A stretch of 56,901 bases of DNA, taken from the NCBI GenBank assembly GCA_018398765.1, contig JAHBMJ010000107.1:1-56901 (forward strand), given 5' to 3'. Below the pieces are notes generated by a model. That model had not been told where the DNA came from. It did no database searches and worked only from the letters and a program-made list of their open reading frames with translations. This stretch comes from Chromera velia (taxonomy: Eukaryota). Within the stretch, counting starts at the first letter, position 1, and each line of letters starts with the position of its first letter. This document shows, piece after piece, positions 12,199 to 25,300 of this stretch. Made by a program: the position numbers and the translations under genes.

Positions 12199-14335
12199 TC
12201 ACTGATGCATGCCTTCCTCTCGACTGTCTCCTCCCTCATGCCGGGGGTGGAGGCCTTGTTCTGGCAAGAGTATTGGCTGAATCGGCTGAGCGGGCTCCGG
12301 ACTGGGGGCAAAGGTTGGCATACCAGAAGCTAGATCTGGGTCCGGTTGGGCTCTATGAAAACGGTTGGCCTCCCTGCCACCTGTGTTTTTGGTAGGGCTT
12401 GACCTCCGTGATCCTCGTGCTCCCCTGTTTGAGAATGATGGAGAAGAGACAGTCTCCCCCTTCACTGGATGTTTTTGGATCACTTGATGATTGACTCGGT
12501 CCCGAAAGGCAGGACGTAACACTCGCCCTTTAAGGATATCATCCATATCCGGGCTTTGGTCTTGGCTCTGCCTTGCCTGCTCTTCCATGCGCTGGTACGC
12601 CTGGGCATACAAGGGCGAAGAGAGGCCGAGAGGGGGGGAGGATCCCCAAAGCCCGGAGGCGCCCCCGATCCCCGAGGGAAGGTTTGAGCGCAGAGGTGAC
12701 TGAGTTGGCATGGGCATCATGTGCTCTCCTGCTTGGGAGGATGCGAGGAGGGGGGGAAGAGCAGGAGGGGCTGCCTCAGCATCAACAGCCGGCTGCTGCT
12801 GTGCTGTCTGAAGCTGGGCACCCGGGAAACTTCCGCTTCGTGCCACGCGAGAGTTCACGGGGGTCGGGGTCTGAAAGGCCAGGTCGAGGCTTGAGAGCAC
12901 ACCGGTCGCGCCTGTGGACATCATCCGGCGTCGACCTCCAGGCAAAACCCCGTTCGGTGACCCTGCCAACCCCCCGTAGGCTGTCTGTCCAAGCCCCCCT
13001 GCTCCTGAAACGTACCCGTCGGCAGAGACGGGGGAACCCCCTGGGGGGTATTTGAATGCTTGTGAGGTAGTGGCTGCTAGCTGGGGGCTGACTGAAGGGC
13101 GAGCAGGGGACAGCTGGCCTGTGTGTGTTTTCTCCATCTGGGATGCGGGGGGGAGTGTGAGGAGACCGCGGCGGTGCAGAGACCTGTTCAGAGAGGTGCG
13201 GGCCTGCACGTTCCCTCTCGCTGCTGCCTCCTCAAGAAGCCTGTGAGCTCGGCTGGAGGACTGAACAACTCCCAGGCCCTGCAGAGAAGGAAAGAGAGAG
13301 AAGGAGGGTAATGAGAAACAGAAGAATGTTTCTTCGGTCTCTATGTCTGTCTCTCTGCTTGCTTGATTCTTTCTTTGTCCTTTCTTTCCACATATCTCAT
13401 CTAACTTCCATCCTGATTCTTTCTTTCAACCAAACGTTGCATGGGCACTTGTGTCGCTCTCTCTGCACACGTTCTGTCTGACCTGCTTACTTACTTACTT
13501 TTTCATACAGATTTGCGAGGTTGTGCATCGCGCCGACGTCTCCTCCTTCCACTGCCCTCTCGAAGCACTCGGCTGCCTGCTGGAAGTCCGCCCTCCCGTC
13601 CTCTAGAGCCAGACCCTCCTGGAAGCAGAGCCCCAGAGAGTTCAGGCCCTCCGGGTCGTTCTGCATCCATCCGTACATCCATCCATCCGTCCGTCCATCC
13701 ATCCATCCGTCCATCCATCCATCCATCCATCCGTCCGTCCGTCCGTCCATCCATCCATCCGTCCATCCATCCATCCATCCATCCATCCGTCCGTCCATCC
13801 ATCCATCCATCCATCCATCCATCCATCCATCCGAGAGAGTGGTTAAGGACATTGAAAGGGCAGGAGACAAAAAGGAAGGCAGGAAAGCCTGCCTTCATTG
13901 CTGAATGAGGAGGCAACGCATGCCGATACCAACCCTTCGATTCCAAACATGCATTTATCAATCCGGTTAGAGACGGAGCGAGGAAGACAATCAGGCATGA
14001 TGAAAAGAGAGCATGACAAAGACGAAAAGAAGAAGGACCAAACCATGCGGAACCACAGAGTCATCAAGCGGCTAAGTCTTTTTTGTCGTCTCCTCTACCA
14101 CCCGTCCTGTCTCATTCAAAACCTCCAATTTGAGGATGCCTGACTCACCTGCTGTGCAGCCACCCTGAAGTGCTGCACTGCCTTCTTTGGGTTGGGAGTC
14201 CCCAGACCGCCCCCCCCTTGGAGGAGGAGTGCGCCTATGCGCGCATGCGCCTTCAACCAGCCCCTTTCGGCCGCCTTCACGTATTGGCCGTATGCTTGGA
14301 GAAGGTCGCGACCGACTCCTGCACACACGCGCACG

Positions 14336-14398
<63 letters not shown>

Positions 14399-14666
14399 GC
14401 ACAGACGTTAGGACTCACTTTCTTCTCATGCAGCTGCCGTGTGTGGAGAAACAAAAACAAATTCCATTCGGACTGCAAGAGTAACAGAAGGAAGATCCAG
14501 GAGCCAATCAAACAAAACAGACGGAGGAGACCCAGACGAGCTCAGGTCTCACTCCACCAGACGATGCCGAAACGTGGTACCAGAACCCCCTACAGAACGT
14601 CGGCAGCAAAATACGTCTTCCTTTCTCACCTCTATTTGTTGACCTGCTGGCCCGACCATCCTTTTC

Positions 14667-14732
<66 letters not shown>

Positions 14733-17700
14733 TGTGCTTGACTGGATGCCCTCCAATCATCTGCCATTAAATGCGTGCCCACCGTTGCCTCCTTCGTGCA
14801 TCTGTCCCAAATAGTAAGCTGCCTCTCCATCGCCCTGCACAGCCAGTTGCACATATACACGCACACACGTGTGAGTGCGTGCACGGCCACAGTCGATTGA
14901 TGCATCAAGTGGCACAGAGAACATAAGAAACAGGCATACATGAAGAGAAACTGACAGACAGACAGAAGCTGATGAATCAGAGGGAAAAGCCGAATGATCG
15001 CAAAGAGAGTCAAGGTCTGCATGCCATATCCTCCCTCCCACTCCCAATTTGCCGCCATCACCACAACCACGAGGTCACTCGCCCCTCCCCAAAACCAAAA
15101 AGAGAAGCGATACACGAAGACGACCAGAACCGAAAGACAAAATGCACCGCGCAACCGCGCAAACGAAAGAACAACGATCGACAAAAAGGACAGACGTCTT
15201 CGGAAGCCTTGCGGAGCCACTTAGCCGCCTCGACAAAGTGCTGCAGGCAGAAGGCAAAAATTGGATCACAAGGAAAAGAACAATGCAACGCAACCAGACA
15301 AATCGGCTCGTGGAAGACGGGGAGGGGAGTCAATGAAACAGGGAAAGTGTGAATGCATAAGCAGAAAATGCGAAACAAGGGAAACGAAACAGAAAAAAAA
15401 GAACGCAAGCATACACTTGTCATTGGGCAGAATTGAGTGAACTCTTCAAGTCATGGAAAAAATCATTTTAAAATAAAGAAAGCTCAGAACAACACACACA
15501 GATCCCTGCAAGTCTCGATTGCACCCGCGCATCCTTCTTGACCCCATTGCCCAACAAACAAACGACAAGCCAAATGTATTTAAACAAGCCAACAAAGAGT
15601 GAAGAGAGACGGAAAAGTGAAAAAACTTTCTTCATCAAGCCCATGTATAGAGTGCGCTAGCCAGGCTGACTGCCTGCCTGCCCGACCTCTTGAGGAGACC
15701 CTGCCTGCGCGGCCATTCTGTACAGCAGGTACCCGAGGGAGGCACCTGCCCGCACGTGCCCCTTGTTGGCTGCTGCCTCATAAAGTCTGCATCCATCAAT
15801 CCATCCATACAGACAGACAGACAAGTCATCGTTATATTTAGACACGGACGCACAAACAAAACAAGGGTGGTAAAGAAGCACACAGAGAGAGTCGGACGGA
15901 CATCTCGAGAGAGAACAGACGGACGGAGAGACGGGCATGCGCACATGGGCGGGTAGACGGAGGCGCCACAAAATCAATCTCATGAGAGGACCAATCAATT
16001 TGTCGAAACATAATATCTTCGTTCTTGTATCATCTCCGCCTGCATTTGAGAGCAGAAAAAATAGGCGAATCTCCTTATATCAGACCTTCACCCACGCAAC
16101 AAACCCACCATCCATGCGGTACAACTAACTCAACTCACCTGCAGGCCGCATCGGAGTCCGGAGTCGAAACGCCGAGACCAAACTCATAGCAGATACCCAA
16201 ATTAAATTGAGCCGCGGTGTTGCCCTGCAAAATGCAAAGGACAGACAGGTGGACGGGCGCAAAGCGACACTGATGATGAAAAACTCGAACACAATTGACT
16301 TCCTAGGTACTCCCGCCCAGCAATGCAGAGCTTCTCTTCTGTTCTTGTCTCTTTCTGGCGCGTCCTCCTTCCCGTTCCCCTGCTCCCTTACTCTCTGCAT
16401 GTGCCTGGTCACTCACTCTGCCTGATCGACCGACCGACCGACCGACCATGTCTGCAGCGATCTTGAACAGCTCTGCTGCTCTCTCCACGTCCCTCGAGCA
16501 TCCCCTCCCCTCAAAGAGCAGTGAGGCGAGGTTGTTGATGCCCCTGCTGCTCTTCTGGGAAGCAGATTTCAAATACCAGGAGTAGGCCTGAAAAGCAAGG
16601 GGAGGGAGGGCATGCATTCAGGCTTCATGCCAACAAATTGATGTACTTCTGTATCCGGCGACGCTTTACATTAATACATGCAGAAGAGTAACGGATATAA
16701 GGGGGAAGTAAGGACTGAGGGGGAAACTTCCAAGAAGCGCCCATTCATTCCTTCGTGAGCTTTGGCATCAAAAGAAAGAAAGCAAGAAAAAAGGCAGAGA
16801 GAGCAGCAAACTGGTCGGGAACAAAACAACGTACGAGACCGACTGACAGAGGCGTAGAACACCACACAGACAGACAGACAATTTGTGAAACAGCAGAGAA
16901 GCAATGCATACAAGGCAAACAGAGACGGACGGACATGCAGAAAGAGAAAAAGAGAAAGAGTGAGCGAAATGCAGTCAGGCAGGAAGGAGACAGACAGAGA
17001 TGTCGAGAAGTGGTTTGCCCTCATCACGTCACTCACCCCTTTATAAGATTGACGAAAATCTTCTCCACACCCGATTTCGTACAGATGCCCGACGTCCTGC
17101 ATGAGAAGGAGAGAGAGAGAGACAGGCGGTATATTTCTTCTTCTCCCTTCTTTTCTTCAGGCAGGCGGTATATTTCTTCTTCTCCCTTCTTTTCTTCAGA
17201 CAGGCTGTATATTTCTTCTTCTCCCTTCTTTTCTTCAGGCAGGCGGTATATTTCTTCTTCTCCCTTCTTTTCTTCAGGCAGGCGGTATATTTCTTCTTCT
17301 CCCTTCTTTTCTTCAGGCAGACGGTATATTTCTTCTTCTCCCTTCTTTCCTTCACACAGGCGGTATATTTCTTCTTCTCCCTTCTTTTCTTCACACAGGC
17401 TGTATATTTCTTCTTCTCCCTTCTTTTCTTCACACAGGCTGTATATTTCTTCTTCTCCCTTCTTTTCTTCAAACAGACAGAAAGACAGATTGATAGCGGA
17501 CAGACAGATGGAGACAGAGACAGAAACAGAGAGACCTGAATGCCCTTTGGGGGATCAGACAACGGCAATGAAGATCACCCGTCCTTTACACCATTTCACA
17601 AAGACGTGCAGGGATGTATCCATACAAGCTTCTCAGAAGAAGCAAAACGACGACAAGAAAATCACAGCATCCCTCCCTTCACTTGCTAGAAGAAAAGCAT

Positions 17701-18284
17701 TCCGTCCGCGTCAGTAATACTCACGCTTCGCGACGGAAACGACAATCGAACACATGAATGAGCACGAGAAGGACAACTATATTAATAACTCACAGCTTGA
17801 GCCTCTGCATGCCCTAGTTCCGCAGCCTGCAGCCATGGACGAATTTCAGTCCAGTCAAGAAAGTAGCACGAACACAGGGGGAAAAACGAAGGAAGGAAGG
17901 AGAGAACAGCCAAATGCATAAAGTCATCGAAACGAAATAGGCGGGATCAGAGAGGAGCGGCCTGCCTCAGGAGGACAGCTAAGGCAAAGAGAGAAAGAAA
18001 AAAACAAAAAGAAGAAATCTTTCAAGAAATTGGAAGACATCCAACTACCCATCTAGAGAGGAGGTTGGGGTCAGAAAGAAAGCAACACACCTTTCAGAAA
18101 GAAAAGGAACACGAGCGAGTATAGTGCCAAAAAAAAAAGGCGCCAGACAGGAATGAGAAGAAACGTCTTCTTTCCCTTCTAAATTCTGCTAACCTTGTAA
18201 TACAGCGCAGCAGCTTTCTTCTTGTCCATCCTCAACTCCCCTTCGCCTTTCTGCGCACACGCACACACACACACACACATACAC

Positions 18285-18332
<48 letters not shown>

Positions 18333-19829
18333 ATGGATCTTGTTAGTTCTAGGATTTGAAAAAAAGTCAAAAACTGAGCCTTTCTTCTTTTCGTCTCGCC
18401 TCCCTGCAGACACACTGCATTCAATTTCGCAGACAAATACAGAGAGAGGAAGGGTCGGGAGAAGATGATGGAGTGGTGGGGAGGAGCCCTGCAGGTAAAG
18501 AAACTTCCAGGCCTTTCCTCGCTTGCACCCACCCCCACACACAGAGACCTCTAGAGGCCAGGCAGAAAGAACGGACACACACAGACAAAGAGAGAAACAA
18601 AAAAAGCAGAGAGAGGAAAAAAGGGAACGGCGACAACTTTTTCACCCAGCCAGCCAAGGCCCCGATCGAGGATGTGCAGCAGAAATCATGGAGGAGTTAG
18701 TTACCCACAGACAGGTAGGACAAGCAAGGAAACGAGCCATGACTTAATTCGGCACCACTGACTTCGGTCATACGGGCAAGGCGGTAGATGGCGTCTGAGT
18801 GGTCGAGAGCCGCCGCCGCTTCGTACCATTTTTGGGCTTCGTACAATCCTGCATGCATCGAGGGAGGGAGGAAGGGAGGCAACGGAATCAATCGTTTTGA
18901 ATTCTTCAATGGAGCTCCAATCGAGGAAATGGCCTGACGGCCTGCTGCATTTACTCCTGGCAGTGCCCTCCTGACAGCGTGTGCATGTCCTGTTTTTTTG
19001 CTCCAAGAAGGAAGGAAGGAAGGAAGACTTCTGTTGATTCTAATTCACGTATGTACCCAGCTACTTGCGCAATATGATTTCCTACCCCGAGCCCTTCTTC
19101 CCCCCTCTGTGTTATTTTTTTCTAATGTCTCCAAAAGAATCAGAAAAGAACGACCCTCCCCCCTCTGCTCTCCTCCGTATCTCTTCACATGAACAAAAAA
19201 GCCAGCCGGCCTTATACAGTTACTGTCGACTGCGATACTCAGGCGTGCACCCACCGGCAATTCTCCGTCCCGCTCCACTGCGGGAGCTTCCCTTTTCTAT
19301 TCCTCTGGGAGACGTTTGGAAGAATTGAATTTTCACATGAAGATGGCAGGCAGCTTAGAAAGATCTGACAAAATAAATCAGAGAGACTTCCATCCATGCT
19401 TTTGCACTTCAGGGTGTTTGTCATCATCGGATTACAGACAGACAGAAAGACGTGCAAACTGACTTTTGCTTTTTGTGATGGGATCCAGGGCATCCCTCAT
19501 TTTCCCCTCCAGTTTTGTGTACAGACAGTGACGCGGATCTGCTCCGACTCCGAGGAGGCTGTCCAGGGTGGGAGGCTGCATGGGTGAGAGGAGAAGAGAG
19601 AAAATGGAGAGGAGAAATGGGTGAATCGATGTACCTTTTTTTCTTCAAATATATTTCATTTGCTTCGGAATGGAGGGCGTTGGAATCCTCACAGTGGGAA
19701 GGTGAAAGATTTGGACAAAATGTATCAGAGGGTTCCTTTTGCCTGCCGTTCCGTGCGGAAGAAAAGAAGGTCAGGAAGAGAACGGGACTCAGAGACAATT
19801 TGATGCGAGATGGAAAGGAAATAATACGG

Positions 19830-19868
<39 letters not shown>

Positions 19869-22010
19869 GAGGAAGAGACATATAAGTAGTGACAGACAAA
19901 CTTTCGTACTCTTTTTGTGTTCATTCCTGACCTCTTCCTCTTCTTCTTCGTCGTTTCCGTCTCCCTCTGCCCCCTCCCCCTCCTCGCTTCCCTCCGCACT
20001 GCGTATCTTTGCTCTCACTTTCCTCAGGGCCCTCTCTCTGTCTTTTCGCCTATCGGACCCCAACCGCAAAGCGTCGACCTTCCCCTCTTCCAGCAAAATC
20101 CCCGCACAGCACATGCCCTCGGGAGATCCAATCTCAGCCGCACAGACGTAGAGATCGTACGCAGTCAGGCAATTCACCGGCACACCATGGCCGTACCTGA
20201 GCAAGAGAAAAGAAGAGAGAGAAGAGAGAGAAGAGAAGAGCACGATAGAAGGTGTTGGGGCAAGGGACTTACCTTGGCACTGGAGCAAGGGAGTTCTCCT
20301 TTCTTTTCGTCTATTCCTTTTCTCCCTTTGATAGGGCAGCTCAACCTTCCTTTTTCCTTTGCCCTCCGGTCAAAAAAGTATGACCTCGTCCGAAGGTGCG
20401 AAGGAAGACTGTTGTCAATCACATGTTACAATGAACCAACTGCGCGGGAAAAAGACAGAACAAAACAACTCCAACCGAACAATTAGCCGGTCATGTACAC
20501 ACGAACAGAGAGTTAATTGCCCATCCACATATCTATCCATACACCACTGCATTTAACCTCCCACCTGAGCTTATGTGCCTCGATGCAGAGCATCGCAGCC
20601 TCGTCGAGATTGATGTGACTCTTTTCTACGGCCACAACTCTGCACGTGGGATGAGGGGACCGGAGGGAACGCGAAGTTTCTGTCAGAGGAAAGTTTTCTT
20701 TCGTTCTTTTTTTCCGTCTCGTGCTCTCCCGTTTTCGTCTTCGCCCCCCTCTCCTGGCCTCGATGTACTCGCTCCCCCCCCCCCCCTTTTCTCTCTGCTG
20801 TGTTGCTTGCGTCTGTGTGTCTCCTTGCGTAAGAAAATGTATTTGTTTTTGTTCCTATCTGTCCCTCACTCTCTGTCTCCTCTTGTCTATCTACCGGTCT
20901 GCCTGTCTGTCCGTCTGTATACTTGTATATTTCTCCGCCTTTGTGTCTTCCTCCGTTTCTGTTTACCAATTTCTCCATCTTTTTACTTATCTGCCGACCT
21001 GTCTGCCAAGCAGTTTGTTTTTTCGTCTTTCTGTCTGTCTGCCTTCCTCTTTGCCTTTCTGCATGTCTTTCAGTCTGGTGTCGGTCTGTCTATCTGACCT
21101 CTTCGAGATCTCTCCCGTCATTCTCTCGATTTGCTGGAAGGCGTCCAGAAGCGCAAAGATGACGCAAGCCGCGAGGGATCTCAGGAAACGGAGAACTTCC
21201 GGTTCGCATGCCGGGCAGTCGGACAGGGCCTTACGAAGCCTGCGTGTTCATAATTGCAATGAGAGAGCAAAAGCAGTCGGACAGGGCCGAGAAGGAGCCT
21301 GGTGGGAGATGGGCAAAAGGGACAATCCGGTGAAGAGGACGGGGGCTGGGTGGAAAAGGCTTTGGCAAATGATGATTCCACCCACCCAGGTCGGAACCGA
21401 ATTCGAATGCCGCAGGGCGGGATTCTTCTTCTTCCTCCTCCTCTTCTTGAGACAGATTCATGTAGTCTGATCCGCTTCACTTGTTTCTCTCTCACCCCCC
21501 CCAACCCAAGGATACACCCACAAACCCACCTCGATTCGAATGAGGTGCAGGGACAACACGGCTTCTGGGCCGCTTGCTCGAAGGCACGGTCAATTTTCTC
21601 GCGAAGCTTTTCCAAAACACCAGCCAGCTGCCTCATATCTGCCTTTGTACTTTCGGAGAGCACCCCTTCCACTGCCTTCAGATCGCACGTTGTGCAGATT
21701 TCCTGCAAAGGCACAAAGATAGCCGGGTGTGCGGAGAGATCAAGCTGCATTTCCAACATCCACTTTTGAGCGCATCGACCAACCAAGGAACGAACCAGCC
21801 CCCCTCCCCCCCAACCCCGCAACAAATCAACAAGATCACCAGGAAAAAACTCACCCGAAGGCATTCACACTCCAGTTCCAGCTGCCGACGGCTTTTCCAA
21901 GTGGCTGTTGTTGTTGAGAATTTATCGAGAATCGCAGAGGAGCACTTCTGGATCTGCTCAGGAGGAGATTCTTTCTCCTTGGCTTGCTTTGATCCACGAC
22001 GACCGGACAT
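12199..22010 (-). CDS. SEL1-like repeat (SLR) protein, 18 exons, ~997 aa, disordered C-terminal tail
   Basis: Phase-consistent GT-AG exons: 22010-21855, 21702-21530, 21239-21099, 20639-20565, 20196-19932, 19575-19464, 18848-18763, 18250-18194, 17826-17794, 17096-17037, 16587-16447, 16224-16139, 15786-15687, 15240-15196, 14834-14783, 14318-14149, 13660-13499, 13278-12199 (2994 nt). Repeated SEL1 motifs include [54 protein letters not shown] and [18 protein letters not shown]. Confidence 0.85.
13663..13832. repeat. (CATC/CGTC)n tetranucleotide microsatellite abutting a SEL1 acceptor site
   Basis: Directly visible; ends at the minus-strand CAG acceptor at 13661-13663. Confidence 0.9.
17121..17471. 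repeat. 39-bp minisatellite, ~9 copies, in SEL1 intron 9
   Basis: Unit CAGGCGGTATATTTCTTCTTCTCCCTTCTTTTCTTCAG(G/A) recurs at 39-nt period (17123, 17162, ...). Confidence 0.92.
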
Positions 22011-22365
22011 CTTCTTCAGCGTAGCTGTCTTTCTGACCCAACGATCCACAAGAATGCAACACCAAGCAACAGGAACTCTGGGGTTCCACGAGTTGATTGG
22101 GCTGCTTAATTGCTTCTTTTAATTTCTCACGAATGACTCCAGTGCCGACTGCAGGGTAAGTCAAGATTCAGGCGACGATGTTCTGTGGTGTTCTTTGGCG
22201 ATCATATGTGTGTACACATGGTTTGAAGATGCTTGGAAGGTGAAGTTCGACTTCAGAAGTTGGTCCCTCGGTGCTGTATGAGAGCATGAGAATTAACAAC
22301 AGCTGGCTGCGCCATGGCTGCGCCATGCTCCATGCACTCACCCGGCCGGCCACGTCGCCGCATCT

Positions 22366-25300
22366 GACGCAAGCAAGCTTGCGAACGGCCCCGGAAAGCA
22401 AGAAAAATGAGAACTTCACGATTGACGCACGCAGGCCAGCCGATCGGGCAGTCGCGCCGACCCCCCCCCCCCCCCNNNNNNNNNNNNNNNNNNNNNNNNN
22501 NNNNNNNNNNNNNNNNNNNNNNNNNNNNNNNNNNNNNNNNNNNNNNNNNNNNNNNNNNNNNNNNNNNNNNNNNNNNNNNNNNNNNNNNNNNNNNNNNNNN
22601 NNNNNNNNNNNNNNNNNNNNNNNNNNNNNNNNNNNNNNNNNNNNNNNNNNNNNNNNNNNNNNNNNNNNNNNNNNNNNNNNNNNNNNNNNNNNNNNNNNNN
22701 NNNNNNNNNNNNNNNNNNNNNNNNNNNNNNNNNNNNNNNNNNNNNNNNNNNNNNNNNNNNNNNNNNNNNNNNNNNNNNNNNNNNNNNNNNNNNNNNNNNN
22801 NNNNNNNNNNNNNNNNNNNNNNCCCCCCCCCGCGGGAAAAGCTGCAGAACCCCCCCTCCCCCAGGAAAAAAGCCCGGGGATGCAGCCTGTCGCTTTCCGG
22901 GGCCACTGACGCACGCATGCATGACGATGCGGGTTTATGCACGCTTTTCTAGACCATTTGGGGCGGAATCTTTCCGGGGCCTTTTTTTTTTGGTGAAAAT
23001 CGGGTAATCAGGTCTGAAGTCCACCTAACGCATGCACTAGCGCATACACATTTGGCGCACATTCAGCCTTTCGGGGCCGGGTTTTTACCGAAAGACAGCG
23101 TACATGTCAGAGGTGCACGTGGGGCTCTAGATATGAAATAAGAACCCTAGCAGTATGGTGGCTTTAACTGGAGCATAAATCTTCAGATGGTCTTGAGGGA
23201 GTCCTATATCATAAGGTCTGACAATCAATGGTCATACTGCTAAGTCTATTATCATGCCCTTTCAATGGCTTCAAACAGAACGCTTGCTTCACTGCAAATA
23301 TCGATCAATACACAGACGCACGCGCTCATCGATCTCGCACCCATACTCTGTGCGAGCAACCCGTCAATCAGATAATGCCCCGCCAGCCTCACGGCGGCGC
23401 CTCGTACAGGCCCTACATCTGCCCGCTCACCAAGGCCGACGTCCACGCTCGGCTCACATTTCCTTTCTTTTCTCTCACCGTCTCTTACCCTATATCTGCC
23501 CGCTCTCAAAACAAACGAACTAATAAAAATGGGAATCAAGTGACCACATGACACCAATCAACAGGCTTTGATCTGCACATACATCTGCAGTCGACCTCTG
23601 AAACGCAAGTGTTTAGCTCAGTACACCCTCTTACGCCATCTGCTGGAGCCCCTGAGCGTTCAATTACCAGTCGACTGTTCAGGGTACACGCTGGCCTCCA
23701 GTCCTAAAGGACCGCAATGCCTCCCATCTCCAGCCCACAACACACTCAGTATACTGTACATGCTACCCTCTCTACACCTCTCTGTTTTGTCTTCTCCCCT
23801 CAGGCCCCCCGCTGCGCCAAGGCCAAATTCATACGTAGCCCGCTCATTGATGTACAGCTCCGTACTCCTTCAGACACACTTCGTTCTCTAAACACTATCT
23901 GCTGCTACCCCTACTGTGAGGTGGTGATGTTCTGCTTGATGCTCTGCAGAACATGTCCAACCTGCTGGGTGAACTCTACAGGAATTTCCAAAACACTGCA
24001 ACTACACACGCACAAATGCAGCCGTAAACGGTGTACGCTTTTCTTTGAACAAGACCATCACGGAACCGGAGAATGCGATTAAACAGGATCAACACACTTT
24101 CAATGATTCTCTCTCTGATTTATACTTTTTTCGTTTGCTGCGTTAGTGTTATGGTCACTTATTCTGCACTGATGCTGGCTATTCTCCCCACTCAGCTCTT
24201 CATTCTCTTCTTGCATGTACTGTCCCGCGTGTTCTTCTATTCTCACTCAGTCTCTGCACACAGGAAAGACTACAACTTGTTCTCTGCACACACCTCTCAG
24301 TCACACTTAACCTTGAGCGGGACTCAATCAAATGACTCAGGGGAGTAGCACAGCAATCATAACAAAACAGCGAGAGTTCCATGGACACTCCATTCTTTTC
24401 TACTCCGTCTGTCAGACTCTTTGATTTAAGAACAGAACAGACAGAGAGTGACAAGGATCGTGAAAAGACCTACGCCCTTCTCTTCAGGTGTACTCTTTCT
24501 TCTGTTTCTGTTATCTGTGCGTCTTTTTTGAAACTCATCTACTTTCTTACGTTTCCTTTCACTCTCCCTCCTAACACCCAGACAGACAGACAGACACACA
24601 GAGGGAAAGTGAAGAAAACAGGCAGAGACAGCCAGAGAAATAAAGCACTCGCATGATCCTTAATGTGCACCCAGGTGACAGCTCTCGACTTCTTCTCTCT
24701 TCTCTCCCTGGCCTAGACAGGACAGAACACTCTGGGGAAGCAGAAAATTTATATAACCCCCAATGTAATACGAAGATGGACGGAAGGAATGGAATCAGAG
24801 TGTAAAGGGGAAAGCAAAGACGAATTGAGACCCATCTGATTCATCACCATCTTCATCCCCACATTCATTTCCCTACAAGAATTGCTTCTCTGCTTCTCCA
24901 ATGATTGCTCCTTCTTCTTTTCTTCCTGACAGTATGTTCTTCTCATATGGCAATCTCCTCTCTCACCTCCAACCTTCACTTCATTCTTTTCTTTTCTTTT
25001 TTTCTCTCCCTTCATTTCAACCACCTGAATCCCTATGATATCTTCCTATCTGGAGAAACAAGACAGTCAGGATGCAGAGAGAACGAACCACCCAAAGCCA
25101 CAACCACCTTAACACATAGTCTCCTTCCTTCTCACACCCCATCCTTCCTCCTCCCAAAACAAATTTCCCAAAACCCAATCCCCATAGATTCACTAACTTG
25201 TGAGTATGTCACCGTGCCCCCATGGCACTACTGTTTATTTAGAAGGCGACATAAAGTTTCTGAAACACAGCCAGCGAACCTACCTCCTCTTGTCACTCTT

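Noticed and set aside
17041..17717. Repeat-protein ORFs ([12 protein letters not shown] / [12 protein letters not shown])
   Set aside because: Artefacts of a 39-bp (multiple-of-3) minisatellite inside a SEL1 intron.
22168..22952. Long ORFs spanning the N run (also 1754-2377)
   Set aside because: Open only because of assembly gaps.
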